DNA of 61,800 bases. It comes from a virus (Duplodnaviria > Caudoviricetes). Position 1 is the stretch's first letter. Every line of letters begins with the position of its first letter. The notes under the pieces were generated by a model. It saw nothing but the letters and a program-made list of their open reading frames with translations. It was not told the DNA's origin and ran no database searches. This document shows, one piece after another, positions 16,356-26,300 of this stretch. The position numbers and the translations under genes are program-made. Where the stretch lies: IMG/VR virus record IMGVR_UViG_3300006789_000022, positions 1 through 61,800 of that record, one strand, 5' to 3'.

Positions 16356-18452
16356 ATGGCTAAAGTCACTGTTACTGACGCAGAAGTTCAGAAAATTCTG
16401 CGGAGGGTTCTAAACGAGAAGACGGGCAAGACCTCCGCAAAAGAGCTTAAAAAGCTGGCCCAGCGGTATAATCTCACCCGCCCGAAGGGGCAGGGAAAAG
16501 GGAAGGGGGCGCTGCAAAACTTAGCTCGTCAGATCGCCGTGCATGAGAAAACGCACCGTGCGAGGTCTTTCCGCAGGCCGACCCCTGAACAAAAAAAGAT
16601 CATTGAAGAACATCGCAGGCAAAGAAAGGTAAAGCTCAAAGGATTTGGTAAAGGACTGGGCAAGACTGCGGTGGCGCTGGGCAAAAAAATACCATACTAT
16701 CATGCCGTGCGGGCATTGGAGCAATTCTCCGATGAAGATGTGATCCCTGTTCTTGGGGCAGGAAGAGAATCGACATTTGAGGGGTTTCAGAAAAGGGGGG
16801 TAAGGCTTCCGTGGAGCGATAAACGAGTCTTGACCCGTGATATCGCCTTCGATCCAGAGAGTGACGCGGCGGGGTGGAAGATCCCTTTGCTCGAAGAGGA
16901 GGTTACGCCAACTATTACACAAGCCGTGAAAGGTCCGCTCGACCCTGTCGGAGCCATGTCTTCGTTTTATCAGGCTGGTCCGAGGGTAGTAGAAGGATTG
17001 GGGGATATTATTGGACAAGCGGGGGAGGCTGCGCCGTCCGCCGCCCAGCTTAAATTTCTCGCCGAGGCAGACACCAATGACGACGGCAAGATATCTGCCG
17101 AAGAACGTGCCGTTGCTCTTAAAGAACACGCAGAAAGACCCCCCACGCTCGGTGCTTCGGCCCTTGTGGCGATGCAGAAGGGGAGGCGGGCGGCTGCGGA
17201 CGCGGAGTATCTCAAAGATGTCCCCGCTGATCTGCGGCCAACAGGCCGCGACAAGTGGTTTTACGGTGGTGCGGGGGACGCTGAATTCAAAGACAAGGAA
17301 GAGGAAGCTATATTTGGTCATTTTAGAACTCAACGAGGAAGTGAACTTCTTCCGAAGATGGAGGAGATGCTACGGGAGCAACACGAAGGCACCCGATTTG
17401 AGCGTAAGGCCGAAGAAAACCTTGGAACAAGGGCCACCGTGAGCCGTTCGTCTTACACAAAGGAGAGGGGCGAGCCAGCCATAAAATACGAACCAGAAAC
17501 CGACGAGTTTTTCAATTCAGACGACAGGGCAGCCTTCCGCAAGGCAGCCCTCGACGGCACCTTGGTTGAGATGTTTGACACGGACGGCAGCGGTGGGCTA
17601 TCCCGTTCAGAAAAAGAATTATACTTTGACAAGACAGTTGGCTTCAAGGCGGGCGGGCCAGTCGCCGCTAGAGAAGCGGCAGCCAAAGCAGCCGAAGCAG
17701 CCGACTTCATCCCCGCACCCTATGAGGGTGACCTCCCCGTCCACGCGGCTGGGTCTGATTTTGACCGCCCTGAGTATGACGGGACTGTCGGCGAACAGAA
17801 CTGGATGGGAGAGCCAACAGAGCCAACAGAGCCAACAGAGCCAACAGAGCCAACAGAGCCAACAGAGCCAACAGAACCCCCGCCCACTACAAGGGAATAC
17901 GCGGCCATGATGCGGCAGGCCATTGGCAACGAGGCGATTGGCATAGAAGAACGCAACGAGGTCATGCGGACAATCAGGGATGAGATGATCAACCAAAATC
18001 TCACCTCCTTTGAAGAGTTCAATCAGATCGGTCGCCAGATGCTGGAAGAGGCCCCCGCCCGAAAAGCTGCCGCACACGTAGCTTACCTCCGGTCCCCCGC
18101 AGGGAGCGACTGGGTAAAGACACCGGGCCTAGATAGCCTTGCAGCTTTGCAGAAAGCCCCCTTCGGAAGAGGCACCGCATTGGAAGGTTCCGTCGGTGGA
18201 CTCAAAGATGAGTCCCGCCAACTTGAATCCACAGGTGGGAGACTCCGCCGTAAGGCGCGTGAACTGGAGGGCATGGGTCACCGCTCTGTCGCGGCCCAAG
18301 TCCGAGCCGCAGCACCCCGCCGACCCCTCATGTCCCAGCGGGATCGGCTAGAACTGGAAAAAAAGAAAAAGGCCCTCGCAGCAGAACAAGCAGCAGCACA
18401 AGCACTCATCAGCAAAGGTGAAGAAAATATCAACGCAAACATAGTGTCGTAG
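16356..18452 (+). CDS. Putative internal virion protein with two EF-hand-like loops and an EPT repeat (698 aa)
   Basis: DTNDDGKISAEE and DTDGSGGLSRSE; basic N-terminus; upstream of the giant protein. Confidence 0.55.
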   Translation: MAKVTVTDAEVQKILRRVLNEKTGKTSAKELKKLAQRYNLTRPKGQGKGKGALQNLARQIAVHEKTHRARSFRRPTPEQKKIIEEHRRQRKVKLKGFGKGLGKTAVALGKKIPYYHAVRALEQFSDEDVIPVLGAGRESTFEGFQKRGVRLPWSDKRVLTRDIAFDPESDAAGWKIPLLEEEVTPTITQAVKGPLDPVGAMSSFYQAGPRVVEGLGDIIGQAGEAAPSAAQLKFLAEADTNDDGKISAEERAVALKEHAERPPTLGASALVAMQKGRRAAADAEYLKDVPADLRPTGRDKWFYGGAGDAEFKDKEEEAIFGHFRTQRGSELLPKMEEMLREQHEGTRFERKAEENLGTRATVSRSSYTKERGEPAIKYEPETDEFFNSDDRAAFRKAALDGTLVEMFDTDGSGGLSRSEKELYFDKTVGFKAGGPVAAREAAAKAAEAADFIPAPYEGDLPVHAAGSDFDRPEYDGTVGEQNWMGEPTEPTEPTEPTEPTEPTEPTEPPPTTREYAAMMRQAIGNEAIGIEERNEVMRTIRDEMINQNLTSFEEFNQIGRQMLEEAPARKAAAHVAYLRSPAGSDWVKTPGLDSLAALQKAPFGRGTALEGSVGGLKDESRQLESTGGRLRRKARELEGMGHRSVAAQVRAAAPRRPLMSQRDRLELEKKKKALAAEQAAAQALISKGEENINANIVS
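17811..17873 (+). repeat. Perfect 9-bp tandem repeat GAGCCAACA x7 (encodes EPT x7)
   Basis: Read directly from the sequence. Confidence 0.95.
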
Positions 18453-18454
18453 CC

Positions 18455-19345
18455 ATGTCAGATTTTTTAAATAGTGTCGAAAAAGCACTACGCACAGTAG
18501 CCCCAATTCCGTCCGCTGTTGGGCGCGGAATCGGGCGGGCAGTTGGGAAGAAGAAAGCGGCTTCTGATCGGGAGAAGGAGAAAGAGAAGTATCTCGCCGA
18601 ATACGGTGAGAGCTTCAAGGAGCGTACCAGAGAGGATGCTCGGGAATTCCAGAAGATGCAGAAAGAAGGTAAGATTCCCTTGGATGTGAAATTCAATCCG
18701 CCTCCGGGCATCGCTACAATGCGCGATTACGAGGATCTCTGGTCAGACGATTATAAACAAGCACGAGAACGTGGTCGGAGAGAAACAGTCGCCCTGCAAG
18801 AGCAACTGAAAAGGCTAGGCCATGATCCGCACGGTGATTGGAAAAGAAAACGAGACCGCGAAAAATTTGAGGAATCCCTTCTCGGACGCGCTGCTGATCC
18901 AACGGACCCCCTTGACCCCTTGGTGCAGGAGCACCGATTGCGCGAAGCTGAAGATGCCGCCGCCCAACGGCAAAGGCTCCTTGAAAAAGAAGAACCACTT
19001 GAAGACTTTGACCCTCGCGGTGAGGAGCCACGCACACCGGAAAAACCGGACGCACTTGGGCGTTCCATGGCGCGTGGGTTTGACAAATTTCACTCCGCAC
19101 TGGGGTTTGAAGCGGCGAGTCCCCCCATCGACCCGTTTACTAACGAGCCTGTGGAGCCTGTGGAACTTAGGGGGCGACCGCTCATGTCCCAGCGGGACCG
19201 GATAGAAATGGAGAACAATAAAAAAACTACCCCCCTGCCTAAAGGCAAGGGGTCTATCGACCCAAGCTTGCTCCCCGACAAGAAGGCGACGTTAAGGGGA
19301 GAACGCCGGAAGCAAAAAAAGCAACAGCACAGACGCAGAAAGTAA
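18455..19345 (+). CDS. Charged hypothetical, possible internal virion protein (296 aa)
   Basis: Tightly tiled operon; shares an RPLMSQRDR segment with the upstream ORF. Confidence 0.55.
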   Translation: MSDFLNSVEKALRTVAPIPSAVGRGIGRAVGKKKAASDREKEKEKYLAEYGESFKERTREDAREFQKMQKEGKIPLDVKFNPPPGIATMRDYEDLWSDDYKQARERGRRETVALQEQLKRLGHDPHGDWKRKRDREKFEESLLGRAADPTDPLDPLVQEHRLREAEDAAAQRQRLLEKEEPLEDFDPRGEEPRTPEKPDALGRSMARGFDKFHSALGFEAASPPIDPFTNEPVEPVELRGRPLMSQRDRIEMENNKKTTPLPKGKGSIDPSLLPDKKATLRGERRKQKKQQHRRRK

Positions 19346-20335
19346 ATGGCTGACTTCTCATATGGCGACGACATCGCCCCGATGAAGGGCGAATACTTTG
19401 GTATGCGCCCCGTATCCACGCGCATGTCGGAGTATCTCTACGAGCAATACGACAGGCCGATGATGCAGATGCAGGCCGAACGTCGTAAGGTGCAGGCTCA
19501 GGATCTGGCCTTCCAACGGGCGCAGCTTGAGTTCGACAAGGCCAAGGAAGATAGTCGCAGGCAGCAGGAAGAGGCGGACCATTTGGCCGTCGTGTCCGCG
19601 CAGCTATCCGAGAGCCTTAACTCAGATATGAGTAATTTTGATAAAGTGAACCTCATCAATCAGACCCGCCAAGACTTGTATACCAGCAAGCCCAGACTGG
19701 CGGGCAGTCCACTTTTCAAGGGGCTGTTCACTAGCGCGACACAATCCGTGGCTGGGACTGAGGCCCAGCAGGATTACTACATCCCGCAGATGACCGCTAT
19801 ATCGTCCCTCGGGGATGTGCCTGCCGCCGAACAGCTTGCCGACGCGGACGGCATCAGGACTGAGAAGGAGAAAGGTCTCATAGAAGTCACGAGGGCGCAC
19901 GCGAAAGCACTCAGCGGCAAAGCGGCCACCACCCAGAGGGGCAAAAGGCTCGGCGCGGACATTGCCGATCTCAAGGACAATATTGCCATCGTCCGGCGTT
20001 TGGGCAAGGCGGGGACAACGAAACCGGAAACTGAAGAAGAAGAGGAGAGCTTCGATCCGCTTGAGCAAAAAGAGTCAAAGTTGGGGATGACCAAGGAGGA
20101 TGTGCAGCAAATGTCGGGCATCGCAGACACATACCTTACCGGAAAGGCCCTTGAACAATATAACGATGCCGATCACTTCTACGACGTAGGGTCTAGGAAA
20201 AATTACCTGCTCGACCAGCTAATGGCGAAGCGTATGCAGCTATTCGACGAGCTATATGGCGAGTCCACTTTCGTCCCCCCTGAAAGTAAGGTGGTGCAAG
20301 AAGATACCAGATCCCGTTTTCAAACCAAGCGTTAG
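19346..20335 (+). CDS. Helical protein, putative ejection/internal virion protein (329 aa)
   Basis: Coiled-coil character; directly precedes the giant protein. Confidence 0.5.
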   Translation: MADFSYGDDIAPMKGEYFGMRPVSTRMSEYLYEQYDRPMMQMQAERRKVQAQDLAFQRAQLEFDKAKEDSRRQQEEADHLAVVSAQLSESLNSDMSNFDKVNLINQTRQDLYTSKPRLAGSPLFKGLFTSATQSVAGTEAQQDYYIPQMTAISSLGDVPAAEQLADADGIRTEKEKGLIEVTRAHAKALSGKAATTQRGKRLGADIADLKDNIAIVRRLGKAGTTKPETEEEEESFDPLEQKESKLGMTKEDVQQMSGIADTYLTGKALEQYNDADHFYDVGSRKNYLLDQLMAKRMQLFDELYGESTFVPPESKVVQEDTRSRFQTKR

Positions 20336-20366
20336 CTGCTAACCCACATATCCCATCGCGTCAGCT

Positions 20367-23300
20367 ATGTCTGAGCAAACTGATACCCCAACCGTCAACA
20401 CCCTCGGGTTCTCCGAGTGGTCAACTGAAAATGTTTATGCCGACCCGCTTGAGAGCAGGTTAAAGTTCGGGGATTATGTCCGCGAGGAGTTCATCAAGGC
20501 AGACGCGTATACCCCCGATGTCGAGACAGGAGTCCGGCAAGGGCTTGCCGATATGTTACGCGAGGGAGGGTTACTTGAGCCGGACGGAGCGAACGCGGAA
20601 GAACTGGCGCAACGCATGGAGGACATCCAGAGGGGCAAGACATTTGACCAACTCGCCCGCACCTTCCAGCAGAGCCTGCCGGAACACGGCGAAGATCAGC
20701 GGACGCTGGACAATTATTTTGCGGCTGCCGTCGAGTCGCCTTCCCCCGAATATGCTGAAGAACTGCAACCGTTACGCGAAAAGGCTGGCGACGTAGTAAA
20801 CAGGAATCGGGACCAGTTACTGCGAGTCAAGGTAGACGCAGGCGAATTGCCGATGGCCCGCCTGTCGAACGGCCAACTTATCGTAGGTGAGGCCGCCGCA
20901 CGGATGGATCTTGTAGACGCGATCAAGGCGTCGTCCGAGGGGGGCGTTGCGATGGGTGACGCGTTGGCCGCGCAGGCGCAGTTAGAGACCCCCGACGGGT
21001 TCAGTATCCCGCTGTATCGCATCCAGAGACTGGCACGGGCTACCAGACTCCTTGAAGTGGAACGCAAACAGAACGAGGATTTCGACATCCAGCTAGACGG
21101 ACTTTCCACGGAAGCTGCCCAGTCCGAGTATAGCACGATGGACTGGTTGGAGCACAAGGCCGACAACCTTGGGAGAGGAATTTCAAATTTCTTTGGCCGC
21201 ATCATGGGTCAGGGGGAAGACATCGACAAGGCAGAGGAACGCCGCGAGGCGGTAAACGAGGCACGAGGGTCCGACATTCGACAGATAGCGGCGAAGTATG
21301 CCCTCAAGTTCGACATGCGCCCCGAAGACATGGAGCTTGCGGTTGAGCAGATGGTTCTCGACAACGCGGTCAACAAGCAAATGTTTGAGTTCCACGACGC
21401 GGACGACGACGATGTAGGCAAGAATTTGCGGATAGGGGGTTACGGCCTCCCGACCATGTCGGTGCAGGCGATGATCAACAAGGATGTCTTCGACAAGACC
21501 CTTGCCGCAAACCCCGAGCTTAGTGGAGAAGTTAAAACCATGCTTAACAAGCAGCGCATCTCGCATCTTCGATCCGAGTTCACTCAGCTTGACAAGTTCC
21601 TGTCGGACTACGGCTCAAGCGTGTCCGATGAGTGGAACAAGGCGCTCATCGCTGGGCGCACTGCTGGCGTCGAGGACTACAAGATTCTTGAGGGGTTCGT
21701 CGCGGACAAGGACAACTACAACGAGTTTGCCGAGAGGGCTGCTGGAATTGGCATGTCATTCCTGAACGGAGTTGGCCAGTTGTTCGCCGCTATCCCAGCC
21801 GCGTTCGGGTTTGATCCGGCGCAAGATTACTTGGCCTCGGTCAGCCAGAAGAACGCAGACCGCCGCCAACTCGCCGCTGTTTTTGGGGAGGAATTTGGAC
21901 TCCTGCAAGACGCCGCCGAGACAGCATTCCCCATGTTGATTGACATTGGGGCGACCGTCCTCCTCGCAGCCGCGACTGCCCCCGCTGGTGGTGCTGGTGG
22001 TGTGGCCTACGCGTCCCTCAAGGCCGGAGGAACTGCCACGGCCAGCATGACCGCCAAGGGCATGTTCAAGTCGATAACCTCAAACGTGTTCAGGAAGACC
22101 GGAGCCAAGTCCACCGTCGCTCAGGCGGAGGATCTGCTTGAAGCAAGCCTGATCAAGGGGACCAAAGAAGGGGCCGTTGACATCCTCAACGCCTACAACA
22201 GTAAACTCTCTGCCCACTTGGGCAACCTTCCCGCCATCTTCATCCCTGCCGCAACCCGTTCCGGTTCGGCAACCTACGGGGCGGTATACAATCAACTGAA
22301 GCAAGACCCCAGCGTTTCCGAAGAAGACGCGCACGACAGGGCGCTCGGGGCCATGCTCATGGCTGGCACGTTCACCGGAGTTCTCACGGCGGCGTTCTCT
22401 ACTATCGGACGCGGCGGGGTGGAAGATGCCCTGCTCAAGGGTCTCAGCTACAAGCAGATGAAAAGAGCGGGTGAGGAGATCACAGGTAAGCTGGGGGGCG
22501 ACTTCTTGAGCGCAGCGCAGAAAGCGATCAAGACGACGATGAAAAAATACTCATTTGGCGGGGTCAAGGGGCTGGCCAAAAATGTGTTCGACGAGGGTGT
22601 TGAGGAGAGCATCGACGAGTTTGTCAACGGGCTTGTCACTGACGCGGCCCTGCACGAGGACACCCCCATGCTGGAACGGCTCCAGCAGACTTGGCACGCG
22701 TTCGTCTTGGGCGGGATTATGGGAGGCTCCGTCCCCCTCGTCCAAAGAACCTTCCGCGCCCTGCAACCAGACGTTCTACGGGAACGGGAAAAGACTTCAT
22801 TCTACGAAGATGTTTTGGAGGAAATGTCCGCAGACCTTACCGCGAATGGTGCTCCGGTAACTGCACAATATGTTAACATGGTAGTGTCCGACATGCGGCG
22901 GAAAGACGCACGGGCATCCGTGATCCCGTCTCTTGAAGAACAGGAGGCCGAGCTTGGGAGGAGGGAGCCGGAAGCCACCGAAGAGGGGACACAACTCCCG
23001 TCCGGCATAACACCGGACCCAGAAATGGAGGCGTTGCTTGAGGAGAAAGTCAACCCCGACTCCGCTGCAAGGGCCGTGAACAATGTTCTCGGCAGCAGCG
23101 TTCCGGCTGTCGCTGGGGCTGACCCGACGACCGTGGAGGCCAAGGGGAACCTGATGCACCAACTGGAGTTGCCAGTTCAGGAAGCTGGCGCACTCGAAAA
23201 CTCGGACCACCAAGCGGTGCGTAATTTAATTCCTCGTCGCACCGAAGGCGTGGAGCCTGACGTATTTGAAGGAACCCGCCCGCCCAAAAAGAAGGCCATC

Positions 23301-26300
23301 ATCGACCCCGCCCGCGCCGAAGAGGCCGAGGCGATTGAAGTCGGGTTCAGGGAAACTGTCCGGCAGATCGACGAGGCCGAGGCCCTCTACAAGAAGATGG
23401 ATCAACAGGTAGCGGGGGCTGAAGTCGCGGGCGAATCTTCTGTCCGGCGGGCGCTGGAGCAGCGGGTCCGTGAGGGTAAGGCCGTAAGCCCAGAACAAGC
23501 TATCGAGTTAAGGGGGGAGGCATTCAAGGACCGCGTCCTCGCCTTGAAAGACCTCAAGGTTGAACAGAAACTGGAATCTCCCGAAACGAGACTCGCCGCA
23601 CTCTACGAGCAGGAATATGCCCAGACTGAGGAAAGACAACGAGAAGAAGATTTTCGCGACAACTTTGGCCCTGAAGACCTTGAAACAGGCGCTATGCGCC
23701 AGAACAATACGGTAGCTGTTGATGGTATTATCCGAAGCGGGTTCCCACAGGTTCTAACTGTAGCCAAACTCAAACGATTGGGCATCCCCTTTAACCAAGA
23801 CACTACGTCGGCAGTATTTCTTCGTGAGGCGAACCACCAGATTCAAAGACAAATCTCTGAAGCATACCCCAAGCTCCCTGTGACCCGTCCAGAAGGCGGA
23901 TTCGCCCTCGACTCGGCGTATGGCCAAGGGAAGGTATTCTTGGACAGAGTCGGTCGCGGGCAGTTTAACAACGACCCCCTCACCATGCTAAGTCTCCTTG
24001 AGACGGGAGCGTCCATCGTTGTCGATCCGGCCCATTTGGATTCCCCAACCCTGAACCCCGCGTTCAGGTTCGCTCGCGTTGGTGACAACGTGGTCGTGTC
24101 CGACATCATGGTCCCCGAGTCCGGTGGCCTCGTGTCCGCGCTCACCCCCACAGACCGCGCTCTGGTTCTCCAGCCGGACTACACACGGGTCGTTGATCTG
24201 GTTGAGCGGGTGCTCACGCTACGCGACGAAGGGTTAAGGGAGCCGGATGCAGTAATCGACTCTCCGTTTGAGCCGAACACGCAAACGACCGCGCAAGAAG
24301 TCCTGACCCAACTGGAAGAAGGAGTCGGTATTGATAAGTTTGTCACCCCCAACACTGGGGAACTCGCCCCTGAATTTGCTGAATCCGCCCAGATAGAATT
24401 ACGTCTCAGGGCGCAGGAAGCGTTGTTCACTGACGGCAAGGTGTCTCTCGTTGGGCTTGGCCGAGAAGTTGCCGACACTTACATGGCCGAGCAGACGGCC
24501 CGCCTCAAGCACTCCAAGGAGTCGTTCGTGGCGTCGGTGTCGGTGAACGAAGCTGCCGACCTTCAAGCAGACCCCGACTATAACGCGGCATCTGAAGTTG
24601 AAGATACCTACACCCCATTCCCAGAGAACGCCCCACCACCATTCCCCGAGTCGGGCATATCCAATCTCCTCAACGAGGCCCACGCCGACGCGGTCGCGGC
24701 CTTGGACGGAGATTCCAACCTGCGGCAGAGCGTAGTCCTCCTCGTCCAGAACGAAGTGTTCAACACCTCGTCTATTGATTTCAACAGGACTTCTACCAAA
24801 AGACTGTGGAGTTACGTTGTCCAGTGGATGGCGCAGGGGAACCACAAGACGAGTCCGGCCAGCATTGAATTCCAGAAAGCCCTGAAAGGGCGGCGGTTTG
24901 AAATGGGTACTCCCGTCAGGGAGGCTCTGCAACTAATGGCGTTGTCCTCTGCGTCCGTGGAAGGGACGCCCAAGACCGACGCAGCTTACCGTGCGTTCCT
25001 CCGCGACAAAATCCGTGGCCTCAAGGGCGGTGCCGAACCGTCAGATGCGGAAGTATTTTCGTTCCATAACTATGTTCGTGGGTCCGTCGGGGCGTTGCTG
25101 CTCCGGTCGCAGCCCTCGGGCATGAGCAAGGCCCATGACCAGAAGACTAATAAGAAGGCCATCGCCGCGCTGGGTCTGAAAGACGGAGACCCCGAGTCCA
25201 TAATTGAGGCCCTAGAACGGATCGTCGGTGTGTCTGACCGCGCCCAGAAGGAATACGACTCCCATCTCGTGTCCATCGCACGACTGCTGCTCCAGTCACC
25301 CGACTTCATCAGGAGCATTGAGTTGTCGATTGACGAGACCGACCTGAACTACGCTGGGAAGTTCGACACATTGACTGACGGCACCCCTGCTATCTCAATA
25401 AACATTAACGGACATAACCCGAGGGGGGTGGCCGACACGCTCGTCCACGAGTTGATCCACGCGTATGTGACTGGCGTCACCAGAAAACCAGCCGCCCAGC
25501 AAACACGCCAAGAGGCAGCCGCGATTGGGTTGTTGGAAGGAGTAATCGCCGACATTCGGGCAGACTTCAAGGCAATATCAAACCAAGAAACTACGCCCGT
25601 TGTTTTCTCGCAACGCGCCGTCCCTAGCGTAATGGGCCGTGGCAGGGTCTACAAGTATCACGACACCCGTGTGTATGACGCCCTTGCCAACGTGGATGAG
25701 TTCGTCGCGCACTTCCTTACGTCCACAGATTTCCAGAAGTTCGTCAAGACCATGCTGGCCGACAGGAATGCCCCCGCATTATACAGCAGGTTTGAACAAG
25801 TTGTTGCGGCCATTCGCTCATTTTTTCTGGGGGCAAACCCCGAGTTTGACTCGGCGTTCTCTGCCGTTCTGGATCTGTCGCATTCTTCTGTTCTGGCGGC
25901 TGGGCCGAGACGCCGCAGTAGGCGCAAACTGATTAGTGTGGAGGAGTTCCTTACCTTGCCGAACAAGGAGTCCCGCACCGCGAAGGACTTCGTCGCGGAC
26001 AGCGTCTTCCCGACGGACCCCGCCACCAACAGCACGACTTCCAAGGAGCCAGTGACGACCGAGTCCATCGTGGGCAAGATCGCGGAAGATGTCTCCCGTT
26101 CACAGCAGGAAGCTGTGAGACTTTCTTCCGGCGTGCAGGGGGCCACCGGAGTTGACGTTGATGCCCAGCAACGCGGGCGGGCAAACGTGGAGCGACTCCT
26201 GTCACTCATCAGAAACCGCATCGTGCCACCTGAGATGCGTATGGAGGTTGATACCAGCAAGCGGTCGGTGGACGCGGACGGGAACATGGTCGCCCCGCCG

